The position numbers were made by a program, and so were the translations under genes. 64,000 nucleotides of DNA from Hypanus sabinus (Eukaryota), in assembly GCF_030144855.1 (NCBI RefSeq), contig NC_082707.1, forward strand, positions 57,474,001 through 57,538,000, in the 5' to 3' direction. This document shows, piece after piece, positions 25,301 to 35,355 of this stretch. The notes under the pieces were generated by a model, which saw nothing but the letters and a program-made list of their open reading frames with translations, ran no database searches and was not told the origin of the DNA. Numbering within the stretch: the stretch's first letter is position 1; every line of letters begins with the position of its first letter.

Positions 25301-28300
25301 CCATGGCCATTTCCTTCAGCAACAAGTATACAGCCTTGGATGCTGCTGAGGGGTGACCTATCAGGGCACAGCAGCAGCAGCCAGGCCAGTGGCACTGTGG
25401 CCAGCTCTGAGGCTCGGCTGGGAAGGGTAAGTCCAGCAGAGTGATAGTGATAGGAGACTCGACAGTTAGGGGACCAGACAGGAGATTCTGTGGCCATGGA
25501 GGAGATGCCAAGATGATGTGTTGCCTCCCAGGTGATAGGGTCCAGACTGTCTCAGGGTGGCTGCAGAAGATTCTCAAGAGGAAGGATTAGCAGCTAGAGG
25601 TCATGATGCACATTGGCACCAATGACATGGGTAGAAAGAGAGGAGAGGTCCTGCACAGTGAGTGTAGGGAGTTAGGGAAGAGGCTGAAGATGGGCTTCAG
25701 ATTTCTGGATCATTGGGAACTTTTCTGGGGAAGATATGACCTATATAAAAAGGATAGATTGCACTTGAACCTAAGGGGGACCAATATCCTTGCAGGCAGA
25801 TTTGCTTGAGATGTTAAGGAGGATTTAAACAAATTTGGCAGGGGCTTGGGAACCGCAGTGGTAGGGTGAGGATGGCGCTGTTGATACACAAGTTGATTCA
25901 GTGTTTTAGTGAGACTCTGGGGAAGGACTGGCAGTTGATAGGGAAGAATTGCAGTCAGTGGGATGAGAGAAGTGTAACAATGTGATAAAATCAAAAAGGG
26001 TGATGAATACAGGACTGAAGGTGTTATATTTAAATGCACGCAGTATACAGAATAAGGTAGATAATCTTGGAGCACAGTTAGTGATTGGCAGGTATGATGT
26101 TCTGTGGCTAAAAGAAGATCATAGCTGGGAACTTAACTTTCAAGGAACACTTTATATTGAAAGGACAGGCAGGTAGGCAGAGGGGGTGTGTTGGCTTTAT
26201 TGGTAAAAATGAAATCAAATCCTTAGAAAGAAGCAACAGCAGATCAGAAGATATAGAATCCTTGCAGACAGAGTTACGAAACTGTAAGGGGAAGAATTCG
26301 CTGTTGGGAGTTATATACAGGCCTGCTTGCATTAGAAAGGATTTGGGATATAAATTACAATGGGAGATAGTAAACGTATGTATTAAGGGCAATGTTACGA
26401 TAGTCATTGCAGAATACTGTATGCAGGTAGATCAGGAAAATCAGGTTGATGATAGATCCCAAGAAAGAGAAATTGTGGAATGCCTACATGATGGCTTTAT
26501 AGAGCAGCTTGTGATTAAGTTCACTAGGGGAAAGGCAATTCTGGATTGGGTGTTATGTAATGAACTAGATTTGATTAGTAAGCCTAAACTAAAGGAACCC
26601 TTTGGAGGCAGTAATCAAAATATGACAGAATTTATCCTCCAGTTTGAGAGGGAGAAGTTAAAGTCAGATGTATCAGTATTACGGTGGAGTAAAGGGAATT
26701 ACAGAGGCATGAGAGAGGAGCTGGCTAAATTTGATTGGAAGCGGACATGATCAGGGATGATGACAGAACAGCAATGGCTGGAGCTTCTAGGGGCAATTGG
26801 AAGGTGCAGGATAGATCCATCCCAAAGATGAAGATGTATCTAAAGGGAAGGTGCAGCAACCATGGCTGACTAGGGAAGTCAAAGGCAGCATAAAAGGAAG
26901 AAAGAGGGATATAATACAGTAAAACTGAGAGGGAAGTTAGAGGAATGGGAAACTTTTAAAACCAACAGAAGGCAACTAAAAAAGCCATAGGGAAAGAAAA
27001 GATGAAATATGAAGGTAAGCTAGCCAATAATATTAAAAAGGATATCAAGAGTTTTTTTCAAATATATAATGAGTAAAAGAGAAGTGAGAGTGGATATTGG
27101 ACCTGGGAAAAATGAAGCTGGAGAGGTAGTAATGGGGAACAATGAAATGGCGGACGAATTTACAAGCGTAATAAGTATTTTGGATCAGTCTTCACTGTGG
27201 AAGACATTAGCAATGTATCAGAAATTCAAGACTGTCAGGGGGCAGAAGTGAGTGTAATTGTTGTTACATAAGTGAGGGTACTTGGGAAGCTGAAAGGTAG
27301 CTACGTAAGTCAACTAGACCAGGTGAACTACACACCAGGTTCAGGGTTTTGAAAATAAGTAGCTGAAGAGATTGTGGAGATAGTTGTAATTGTGGAATAT
27401 TGATAATTCACTAGATTCTGAAATGGTTCCAGAGGACTGGAAAATTGCAAATATCATCCCACTCTTTAAGAAGGGAGGGAGGCAGAAGATAGATATCTGA
27501 ATTCGGTGGTTGGGAAGGTTTTGGAGTCCATTATTAAGGGTAAGGTTTCAAGGTACTTGGAAACACATGATAAAATAGGCCAATGTTAGCATGGTTTCCT
27601 CAAGGGGAAACCTTGCCTGACAAATCTGTTGGAATTCTTTGAGGGAATAACAGGCAGAATAGACAATAGATAAAGGAGAGTCAGTGGGATGTTGTGTACT
27701 TGGATTTTCAGAAGGCCTTTGACAAAGTGCCACACATGAGGTTGCTTAACAAGTTAAGAGCCCATGGTATTTCAGGAAGGATACTAGCATGGATAGAACA
27801 TTGACTGACTGGCTGGAGGCAAAGAGTGGGAATAAAGTGGGTCTATTCTGGTTAGCTGCCGGTAACTAGTGATGTTCTACAGGGTCTGTATTTGGATCAC
27901 TTTTCATGACAGAATTTGGATGGCTTTTGTGGCCAAGTTTGCAGACAATACAAAGATAGGTAGAGGGGCAGGTAGTGTTGAGGAAGCAGGGAGTCTGCAG
28001 AAGAGTTTTGTAGACAGATTGGGAGTATGATAAAGAAGTTGCGGATAAAATATAGTGTCAGGAAGTGTATGGTCAAGGAATAAAGGCATGGATGGTTTTC
28101 TAAACAGGGAGAAAATTCAAATATTAGAGGTGCAAAGGGACTTAGAGTTCCTCGTGCAAGATTCTCTAAAGGTTAAACTGCAGTTTGTGTCAGTGAGGCA
28201 AATGCAATGTTGGCATTCATTTTGAGAAGACTAGAATATTGGAATAAAGATGTAATGCTGAGGCTTTATAAGGCAATGGTCAGACCACACTTGGAGTATT

Positions 28301-31300
28301 GTGAGCAGTTTTGGGTCCCCATCTAATAAAAGATGTGCTAGCACTGGAGAAGTTCCAGAAGAAATTCATAAGAATGATTCTTGGACTGAGAGGGTTAGCA
28401 TGAGGAGTGTTCAATGGCTCTGGCCCTGTACTTGTTGAAGTTTAGAAGAGTAACAGGAGGTCTCATTGAAACCTATCAAATTTTAAAAAGCTGAGATTGG
28501 GATGATGTGGAGAGTATGTTTTCTCTAGTGAGTGAATCCAGGACCTAAATTTTGGCACGTCCATTTAGAACAGCACTGAGAAATAGTTTCTTTAGCCAGA
28601 GGTTGGTGAATCTGTGGAATTCGTTGCCTTAGGCAGCTGTGCAGGCCAAGTTATTGAGTATACTTAAAGTGGAGATTGATAGGCTCTTAACTAGTCTGGA
28701 TGTCAAAGGTGATGGGGAGAAGGCAGTAGAATGTGGTTGAGACTGATGATTAATCAGTCATGATGGATCACAGAGTAGACTCAATGGGCTGCTGCCCTGA
28801 CTCTGCTCCTACATCTTCTGCTCTTCTGCAATGAGTGGCTGAGGAACTGGGGGAGTGGGCAGCCTTTCAGATTCTTGGGTCATTGGAAACTCATCTGGGG
28901 GAGGGGTGAGCTATGCAAGAGGGTCAGGTTGCAGCAGAACTGGAGGGAACCAATATTCTAGCTGGGAAATTCGCTAGTGCTACTTGGGAAGGTTTAAACT
29001 AGTTTGGCAAGAGGATGGAAACAGAACACCAGGTTGGAAAGTGGAAGGATGAAAGAAAGATAGATGTCAGGGCCATTAAGTACAGGCATAGGCAAAGTAA
29101 TTGATACAGTGGGACGGATGGGAAGAGCCATTATGCTCTTGAACCAAAGGGGCTATCTTACTGTACCTCACTCACCCCATCACTAAACTGTACACACGAC
29201 CTATGGACTTACTTTAAAGGACTCTTCATCTCATATTCTCAATATTATTTATTTATTATTATCATTTTGTTTTTCTTTTGTATTTGTACAGTTTGTTATC
29301 TTTTGACCACTGGCTGTTTGTCTGTCCTATTGTATCTCTTGTAACTACTGCATATGCCCTCAAGTAAACTAAACTCAAGATTGTATATGGTGACGTGGTG
29401 GAAGTCTTCATGTTTTACTGTTTTATGATATTGAACCACAGTGGATTTAATTTGGCTTTTTTGACACTGATCAACAGAGAAGACTCTTTCATGTCAAAGT
29501 GAATATAAATTTTGAAAAATTGGTCTAAATTTATTGTAATTATTAAACACAAAGTAATTAATTGAATAATTACTCACCCCTTTCAAATCAGTATTTGGTA
29601 GATACACTTTTGGTAGCAGTTACAGCCTTGAGTCTGTGTGGATAGGTCTCTATCAGCTTTGCACATCTGGGAACTGCAATTTTTCCCCATTCTTCTTTAC
29701 AAAATTGCTCAACCTCTGACAGATTGCATGGGGATGTTGAGGGAACAGCCCTTTTCAGGTCTAGCTACTAATTCTCATTTGGATTGTGGTCTGGACTTTG
29801 ACTTGGCCACTCCAGGACATTAACTCTGTTGTTTTTAAGCCATTTCTGCGTAGCTTTGGCTTTATGCTTGGGGTAATTGTCTTGCTAGAAAACAAATCTT
29901 CTCCCAAGTCAGTCCTCTTACAGAATGCATCATGTTTTCCTCCAGGATTTCCCTGTATTTTGCTGCATTCATATTACCCTCTACCTACTGCAATGAAGCA
30001 TTCCTGCAGCATGCTTCACAATAAGGATGGTGTGTTTTTGATGATGTGCGTTTTTTGGCTTACACCAAATACAACGTTTAGTCTGATGGCAGGAAGCTCA
30101 ATTTTGATTTCATCAGACTGTAGGACCTTCTTCCAGCTGACTTCCGATTCTCCCACATGCATTCTGGCAAACTCTAGCTGAGATTTCCTGTAAGTTTTCT
30201 TCAACAGTGGCTTTCACTTTGCCACTTTCCCATAAAGCTATGACTGGCGAAACACCTGAGCAACAATTGTATGTGCAGTTCCTCCCGTCTCAGCTATTGA
30301 AGCTTAGAACTCCTCGAGAGTTGTCATAGGTCTCTTGGTGGCCTCCCTCACTCATCTCCTTCTTGGATGGTCACTGAATTTTTGAGGATGGCCTGCTCTA
30401 GGCAGATTTACACCTGTGCCATATTCTTTCCATTTCTTGATGAATGACTTAACTGTACTCGAAGCGATATTCAGTGACTTAGAAACTTTCTTATATCCAC
30501 CTCTTGGCTTATGCTTTTCAATAACCTTTTTGCAGAGTTGCTTGGAGGGTTCTTTTGTCTTCATGGTATAGTTTTTGCCAGGATACTGACTCACCAGCAG
30601 TTGGACCTTCCAGATACAGGTGTATTTTTACTACAGTCAATTGAATCACCCTGACTGCACACAGGTCTCCAAAAACTGAGCTCCATTTAACTGATTATCT
30701 GACTTCTACAACCAATTGTCTGTACCAGTGATGATTTGGTGTGCCATATTTAAGTGGGTGAACACTTATGCAACGATTATTTTGTGGTTTATATATGTAC
30801 TTAACTTAGATCATTTTGTAGAGATTTGATTTCACTTTGACAAGAGTCTTTTTCTGTTGATCTGTATCAAATTGTAGTCAAATTGAATTCATTGTGATTC
30901 AATGTTGTAAAACAAAAAAATATGAAAACTTCCAAAGGGGGTGAATACTTTTTATAGACACTGTATATACTTGGATCATAAATTTATTTTTTACTGTGTA
31001 GTTCGGATAGTTTGTGTGTATTTTAATGCTAGGTGTATTATGGGTAAAGATGATGAATTAGAGTGTGGATCGGTACATGAAACTGAGAGTTGTGGCCATT
31101 TCAGAGACTTGGTTGAGAGTGGGCCAGAATTGGGTGCTTAATATTCTAGGATTTTGATATTTTAAAAAGATAGAGAGGGAAGTAAAAAGGGTGTGGGACA
31201 GCTGCACTACTAATCAGGGACAATATCACAGCAGCGCTCAAAGGGAACATATTGGAGGGCTTGTCCATTGAAGTGCCAATAAGAAACCTATATGTCACCA

Positions 31301-34300
31301 TATATTACACCGACATTCATTTTCTTGCAGGCATTCACAATGAACACAAACGAGGACAGACTAACAACCAATGTGACAACAAATAATGCAAATACAAAAT
31401 TAAAAACAATAATAATAGATAAATAAGTAATAAATAATATTGACAGAAGTATTTGTAGAAGCATTGAAAGTGAGTTCATAGGTTGTGAAATCAGTTCTGT
31501 GTTTGGGTGAGTGAAGTTATCTACTCTGGTTCAGCAACCTGATGGTTGAGAGGTAGCACTTGTTCTTGAACCTTGTGGAGAAGGTCCTGAGCTTCCTGAA
31601 TGTCCTTCCTGATGGCAGCACTGAGAAGAAAGCTTGGCTTGAATGGTAGGGACCTTGATAATGGATGTCGAGAGGTAATGAATTTAGTTTTTGAAGGAAA
31701 AGGAAAAGTATATAAAGCTTAGGAACCCTGAACCAAGCAGAATGCTTGAAGATTATAAAGAAGCCAGAAAAGAACTCAAGAAAGGAATTAGGAAAGCCAA
31801 GAGGGTCCAAGAAAAACCTTTGGCAAGTAGTACTAAAGAGAATACCAAGGAATTCTATAGAGACCAAATGGTTAACTAGGGAGCAGGTAGGTTCATTCAA
31901 GGATAAAGGGAGGAATATTTGCTTCGATATGGTGGATGTGGGTGACGTTTTTAATAAGTACTTTACATTAGTGTTTATCAAGGAGAAGCACTGTGTTTAT
32001 CGATAATAGGAAGATCAGTGCTGAGAGTATTAATATGCTAGGTCATTTCAAAGTAAAGGAGGGGGTAGTATTGAGTCTCTTAAAAAGCATTAAGGTAGAT
32101 AAATCCCCAGGGCCTAATGGAATATGGCCCAAGTTATTGAAAGAGGCAAGAGAAGAGATTTCTGAGGCCATGACCAATATCTTCATGTCCTCTCTAGATA
32201 CAGGCAGGGTCCCAGAGGACTGGTGAGTAGCAAATCTTATTCCATTATCCAAAAAGGGAACCACGGATAATGCTGGAAACTGCAGGCCATTGTGTCTCAT
32301 GTCAGTGGTGGTGAAGTCTGTCTTACTAATATGATTGAGTTTTTTGATGAGGTGTCGAGGGTGATTGATGAAGGTAGAGCTGTGGTTGTGAAGGCTAAAA
32401 TCCCTCATGGGTGGCTCAACCAGATGATTAAGATGCATAGACTCCATGGTGAATTTGCCATTTGGATTCAGGACTGGCATGCCATAGAAGACGGGATCTT
32501 CTTATTCTAGCTGGGGGTCTGTCATTAGTGGTGTTCCGCAGGGATCCATGCTGGGACCTATGCTGTTTGTGACGTATGTAAGTGACCTAGATGAAAATAT
32601 AGATGGGTAGGTTAATAAGGTTGTAGATGATATGAAGATTGGTGGTGTTGTGGGTAACATAGAAGGCTGGTAAAGATTACAATGGGATATAGATGAATGA
32701 AGAAATGGCAGATTGCCTTTGGTAGATCAAATGCAAAGAGACAGTACATTGTTAACAGCAAAGTTCTTAACATTGTAGATGAGCAGAGGGGTCTTGGGGT
32801 CCAAGTTCATAGCTCCCTGAAAGTGATGCACAGGTTGATGGAGCAGTTAACAAGTCATATGGTATATTTTCCTTTGTTAGACAAGGCATTGATTTCAACA
32901 GTTGGGAATTTATGTTGCAGTTTTATTACACTCTCGTTAGACTGCATTTGGAGTATTGCATACAGTTCTGGTTGCCCCATTATAAGCAGCATGTTGAGGC
33001 TTTGAAGAGGGTGCAGAAGAGGTTTACTAGGATGCTTCCTTGATTAGAGGCCATGTGCTATAATGAGATGTTAGACAAACATAGGTTGTTTACTGTGGAC
33101 TGCCAGAGGCTGAGGAGAGATCTGATCGAGATTTATAAAATTATGAGGGACCTAGATAGAGTAGACAGCCAGTATCTTTTTCCCAGTGTTGAAATATCTA
33201 GTACCAGAGGAGATGTATTAAAGGGGGGGGGGGGTAATTTCAAAGGGGATGTGAGAGGCAAGTCTTTTTTACATAGAGAGTAGTGGGTGCCTGGAATGTG
33301 CTGCCTGGGATGTGATATAGACAGATATTGGGGACTTTTAGAGATGTCTAGATAGGCACAAGAATGTGAAGAAAATAAAAGGATATGGACATTGGAGAGC
33401 AGAGGGGATTACTTTAGTTGGCCATTTCATTATTAATTTAATTAGTTTGACATAACATTGTGAACAAAAGGGTTTCCTGACGAAGGGTCTCGGCCCAAAA
33501 GGTCGACAGTGTTTCTTCCTATAGATGCTGCCAGGCCTGCTGCATTCCACCAGCATTTTGTGTGTGTTTCTGTGCTGCGCTGTTCTATGTTCTATTGTTG
33601 ATCCTTATCTGCATTTAGGCATGGATAATAAATACCAGCAGATATGAACGATATATTGCCAGAAACATCCACATCCCATGCAAAAAATAAAGAGCAAAAT
33701 ACAAAATTAATCAGAATATTTTATTTTTCCCATGCCTAATATAGAAAAATGAACAACCAATTTTGACTCATTTCCAATAATGCTATGTGTTTGTGTGCAT
33801 GTCAGCAGAGAATATCACATAGTTCAAAAAAGCATAAAAGTAAGGAACAGGTATAAATCATAGGGCCAAGTGGCCCCTTGAACATGAACGCTGTTCAACA
33901 AGACCTTGTTGAGCCCAACTATTTTCCTGTATTACCCCCATTTCAGATGATTCCTTGAAAATCAATAAACTTATGGATATCTGTTTTGAATACGATCGAT
34001 GACTGAACCTCTCCAATCCACCGGGATAGAGAATTCTCTATTGAGTGAAGAACTTTGTCCACATTTCAATTCTCAGTGGTTTGCCTTTGAGCTTGTGATT
34101 CCTATTTCTGGATTCCTTAGCTCGAGGAACATTCTCCTCTATCTCTATCTGATCAACTAACCTATGTGACCTGTCAGAGATAGTAACCTATCCCTGTGAC
34201 AGCCCTGTTAAGTCTCAACGTTCCGACACTGAGAAGGACACTTTTACTTTATTTTCATTATCCAACTTTCAAACATTAATATATTTCCCTCAAGCCAATG

Positions 34301-34960
34301 GGTTCCAAACTTTTTCACCATCCTCTTGTGTGGCATCTTTTCATAAGCCTTTTGAGAATCAAATGCAGTATGGAATCCATGCAGTGGTTCCTTCTTGTCT
34401 ACTCTTCTGGTTAGAGCTCAAAGGAATCCAGTAGATAAGCCAAACACTTTTTCCCTTTGTAAATCCACATTGTATTTCCTTAGTCATATTATTTTAAGTG
34501 TCTCAATCTCGCATCCTTTGTAGATTGCTTCATTTCCTTAGCTATTGATACAGCTTCTTAGATTTTGTATATATCAAGACCAATTCCTGATTTATGCATT
34601 AATTGTTTATCATTATTAGTTTGCAGCTGTCATACTTCTTCTAGAGCAGCGAGTGCCAGGATTTCTAAAGGTTCGCTCTGGAGTTCCAGGAGCTTTGCTA
34701 GGCTTTGATGATAACAAGTGGTATATTGGGTATATAGAAAATTGTATTTCTACAATTTTTATTCCAATTCAAAGTTAGTTTTACAAGTAAGGTTTACATC
34801 TGAACATTTCTAATGCAGGGTTGAAGAGATACTTCCAGAGTCAGAAGAACAGACCAGCGCCAGTGTTCAAATATCAAAAAACATGAAATGGGATAGAGTA
34901 AGAAAAAACCTTAGCAGAATCATCAGACTGAAAGATTCTGCTGAATCTACTAGACTGTAA
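4255..34960 (+). CDS. TRPV6: TRPV5/6-like epithelial calcium channel gene, 5'-partial (13 exons, equivalent to human exons 3-15; about 601 aa visible, uninterrupted ORF)
   Basis: Spliced exons 4255-4377, 5001-5141, 6012-6110, 9687-9859, 10281-10427, 13719-13925, 15599-15685, 15791-15867, 19409-19574, 21666-21732, 22368-22636, 34620-34729, 34819-34960. All have AG/GT boundaries with compatible phases. They encode ankyrin repeats, six TM helices, a pore loop ([13 protein letters not shown]), S6 (LLNLLIAMM), a TRP box (LWKVQ) and a distal CaM-type helix (KWDRVRKNL). Orthologue versus divergent paralogue is not resolved. Confidence 0.93.
5001..5141 (+). CDS. TRPV6: TRPV5/6-like exon 4 (ankyrin repeat)
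   Basis: ccag|GG GAA...TAT G|gtgagg; 141 bp; [47 protein letters not shown]. Confidence 0.94.
6012..6110 (+). CDS. TRPV6: TRPV5/6-like exon 5 (ankyrin repeat)
   Basis: acag|GT GAA...AAA G|gtaaat; 99 bp; [33 protein letters not shown]. Confidence 0.95.
7404..8447 (+). mobile_element. Rex1/Babar-like LINE 3' fragment (+), split by an inverted copy of the same family
   Basis: 7404-7613 encodes [18 protein letters not shown]..; the element resumes at about 8107 (ttttctcactgttaccatcagg) and ends aataaacctgaatctga. Confidence 0.85.
7611..8104 (-). mobile_element. Rex1/Babar-like LINE 3' fragment (-), nested
   Basis: Nearly the same sequence as 3292-3760; cagaat tail at 7611-7645; ORF 7762-8061 has [23 protein letters not shown]. 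Confidence 0.88.
9687..9859 (+). CDS. TRPV6: TRPV5/6-like exon 6 (ankyrin repeats)
   Basis: acag|GC AAT...GAG|gtaaat; 173 bp; [14 protein letters not shown]...[18 protein letters not shown]. Confidence 0.94.
10281..10427 (+). CDS. TRPV6: TRPV5/6-like exon 7 (linker / helix-loop-helix)
   Basis: gtag|ATG TTC...GAG|gtaact; 147 bp; [49 protein letters not shown]. Confidence 0.93.
10918..12521 (+). mobile_element. Full-length Tc1 DNA transposon (IR/DR type, DD34E), 1604 bp
   Basis: TA target duplication at 10916-17 and 12522-23; 214-bp TIRs at 10918-11131 and 12308-12521, with 4 mismatches by eye and AAAAGTTGGGA direct repeats. Confidence 0.96.
11279..12301 (+). pseudogene. Tc1 transposase (340 codons; two in-frame stops, no frameshift)
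   Basis: [24 protein letters not shown] (HTH); WLDKS / FQQDNARPH / [11 protein letters not shown] with 34 residues between the second D and E; TAG at 11702, TAA at 11822. Confidence 0.93.
12524..13260 (-). mobile_element. CR1 LINE 3' fragment, degenerate
   Basis: Reverse-strand pieces [11 protein letters not shown] and KGDLIKV..LPRVE; CR1-type ttctgttctatg end. Confidence 0.75.
13719..13925 (+). CDS. TRPV6: TRPV5/6-like exon 8 (pre-S1, S1, S1-S2 loop)
   Basis: gtag|GTT CAT...TCA|gtaagt; 207 bp; [51 protein letters not shown]...QKTLS. Confidence 0.93.
15080..15432 (-). mobile_element. CR1 LINE 3' fragment (same subfamily as 1-2981)
   Basis: Reverse complement resembles 2620-2980. Confidence 0.85.
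15599..15685 (+). CDS. TRPV6: TRPV5/6-like exon 9 (S2)
   Basis: ttag|GAA TCC...GAG|gtaagt; 87 bp; [29 protein letters not shown]. Confidence 0.94.
15791..15867 (+). CDS. TRPV6: TRPV5/6-like exon 10 (S2-S3 linker)
   Basis: tcag|ATG ACA...CTA AT|gtaaga; 77 bp; [25 protein letters not shown]. Confidence 0.93.
16010..18230 (+). mobile_element. CR1 LINE RT/3' portion interrupted by a Rex element
   Basis: The QHGF-coding cagcatgactttg breaks at about 16204 and resumes as aagggacaggtcatgcctcaca at about 17080; it continues to a CR1 3' end. Confidence 0.85.
16203..17078 (-). mobile_element. Rex1/Babar-like LINE fragment with (TTCAA)n tail
   Basis: The reverse strand codes KFADDT-like and KTREVI-like RT C-terminal pieces; (ATTGA)n microsatellite at about 16203-16240. 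Confidence 0.75.
19409..19574 (+). CDS. TRPV6: TRPV5/6-like exon 11 (S3, S4, S4-S5 linker)
   Basis: tcag|G ATC...AAG|gtaaga; 166 bp; [55 protein letters not shown]. Confidence 0.95.
20255..20455 (-). mobile_element. HE1-like tRNA-derived V-SINE, degenerate
   Basis: Reverse strand: A-box-like TGGTAGAGC, ctgcctcacag, B-box-like GGTCCAATCCC, and the body motif aggttaattggcc. Confidence 0.65.
21321..21465 (-). mobile_element. Penelope-type repeat fragment
   Basis: acacaaaatgctagaggagctcagcagg...ccttcatcaggactg; related copies at about 33475, 35150, 50390 and 59020. Confidence 0.65.
21378..21415 (-). ncRNA. Minimal type I hammerhead ribozyme motif (most intact copy)
   Basis: Minus strand CAGTC-CTGATGA-AGGGTCTCAGCCT-GAAA-TGTT-GACTG: stem I CAGTC/GACTG, complete CUGAnGA and GAAA cores, short stem II, loopless stem III, NUH triplet GUU. 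Confidence 0.6.
21666..21732 (+). CDS. TRPV6: TRPV5/6-like exon 12 (S5)
   Basis: acag|CTG ATA...TTT G|gtatgt; 67 bp; [22 protein letters not shown]. Confidence 0.92.
22368..22636 (+). CDS. TRPV6: TRPV5/6-like exon 13 (pore loop, S6, TRP helix)
   Basis: acag|CT TTT...CAG|gtaaac; 269 bp; [10 protein letters not shown]...[13 protein letters not shown]...[30 protein letters not shown]. Confidence 0.96.
22895..23245 (-). mobile_element. CR1 LINE 3' fragment, degenerate
   Basis: Similar to the reverse complement of other CR1 3' ends in the window. Confidence 0.65.
23490..25690 (+). mobile_element. CR1 LINE 5' UTR + ORF1 (Zn finger / leucine zipper / SGNH esterase), interrupted by a Rex element
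   Basis: ATG at 23845 gives MIREVEC, resuming at 25040 as [20 protein letters not shown]; [11 protein letters not shown] at 25441; MHIGTND at about 25606. Confidence 0.8.
23867..25036 (-). mobile_element. Rex1/Babar-like LINE inserted in CR1 ORF1
   Basis: Reverse ORFs [29 protein letters not shown] and [10 protein letters not shown]; 3' tail aataaatttactttt. Confidence 0.88.
25691..28828 (+). mobile_element. CR1 LINE (end of ORF1 + ORF2 + 3' UTR), inactivated
   Basis: [38 protein letters not shown] and RT pieces; 3' end ctctgctcctacatcttctg. Confidence 0.9.
29125..30995 (+). mobile_element. Rex-like LINE 3' UTR split by a Tc1 element
   Basis: gctcttgaacc...ttgtatatggtgac (to 29394) continues as tatatacttggatcataaattta after 30963; compare the uninterrupted end at 55170-55225. 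Confidence 0.7.
29399..30963 (-). mobile_element. Tc1 transposon (Passport-like transposase), decayed, one TIR tip deleted
   Basis: Minus-strand [50 protein letters not shown] and [14 protein letters not shown]; the intact end is ...tagacactg|ta; the other end lacks its first ~27 nt. Confidence 0.88.
31285..31660 (-). mobile_element. Rex-like LINE 3' fragment
   Basis: Reverse strand [20 protein letters not shown] plus the typical 3' UTR. Confidence 0.75.
33475..33567 (+). mobile_element. Penelope-type repeat with degenerate hammerhead core, inserted in a CR1 3' UTR
   Basis: CTGACGA-AGGGTCTCGGCCC-AAAA-GGTC-GACAG...cagcattttgtgtgtgt. Confidence 0.65.
33825..34550 (-). mobile_element. Highly decayed CR1 fragments
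   Basis: Weak similarity to reversed CR1 3' end and RT pieces. Confidence 0.45.
34620..34729 (+). CDS. TRPV6: TRPV5/6-like exon 14
   Basis: ttag|TTT GCA...ATT GG|gtatat; 110 bp; [36 protein letters not shown]. Donor is weak but phase-consistent. Confidence 0.88.
34819..34960 (+). CDS. TRPV6: TRPV5/6-like terminal exon 15
   Basis: gcag|G GTT GAA...CTG TAA; [46 protein letters not shown]. Confidence 0.88.
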
Positions 34961-35139
34961 GAAAGCATTAATGCTGAAATAGTTGCATCTCTTGAACTAT
35001 GTTCCTTCTTTACAATTGCTAAATCTATGTTAATTATTTTTAATGAATATAGAGTTTAAAAAATCAATACTGGTTATTTTTCTGAAAATATTGCATCATT
35101 ACTTATATCTCCATTGGACCATTTTTTAATTTAGCAGTG

Positions 35140-35355
35140 ACACAAGACTGCAGATGCTTGAATCTGTAGCAAAATATAAACTGGAGGAACTCAGCAGACC
35201 ACAGGGCATTTGTGGGGAAAAGGTATGGTCAACATTCCAAATCAAGACCCTGCATCACTGATGGTGAAGGGCCTCAACCCAAAACATCAGCCATTACTTT
35301 GCCTCTGCTGATGCCCCTTGATCTGTTGAGTACGTGTAGTAGTTTATTTTTGCTT
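35140..35355. repeat. Palindromic Penelope-type repeat, decayed, just after the TRPV stop
   Basis: ctggaggaactcagcag...agaccctgcatca mirrored by gtgaagggcctcaacccaaaacatc...atctgttgagt. Confidence 0.55.

Larger units (their letters stand above)
28829..33600 (+). mobile_element. Second (outer) CR1 LINE, fragmented by Rex, Tc1 and Penelope-type insertions
   Basis: ORF1 tail at 28829-29120; ORF2 CVYFNARCI at about 31012; [24 protein letters not shown] and RRDLIEIYK; 3' end gttctatgttcta. Confidence 0.85.

Noticed and set aside
34621-34626. ttgcag as the acceptor for TRPV exon 14
   Set aside because: It shifts the frame; the acceptor at 34619 preserves phase and homology.
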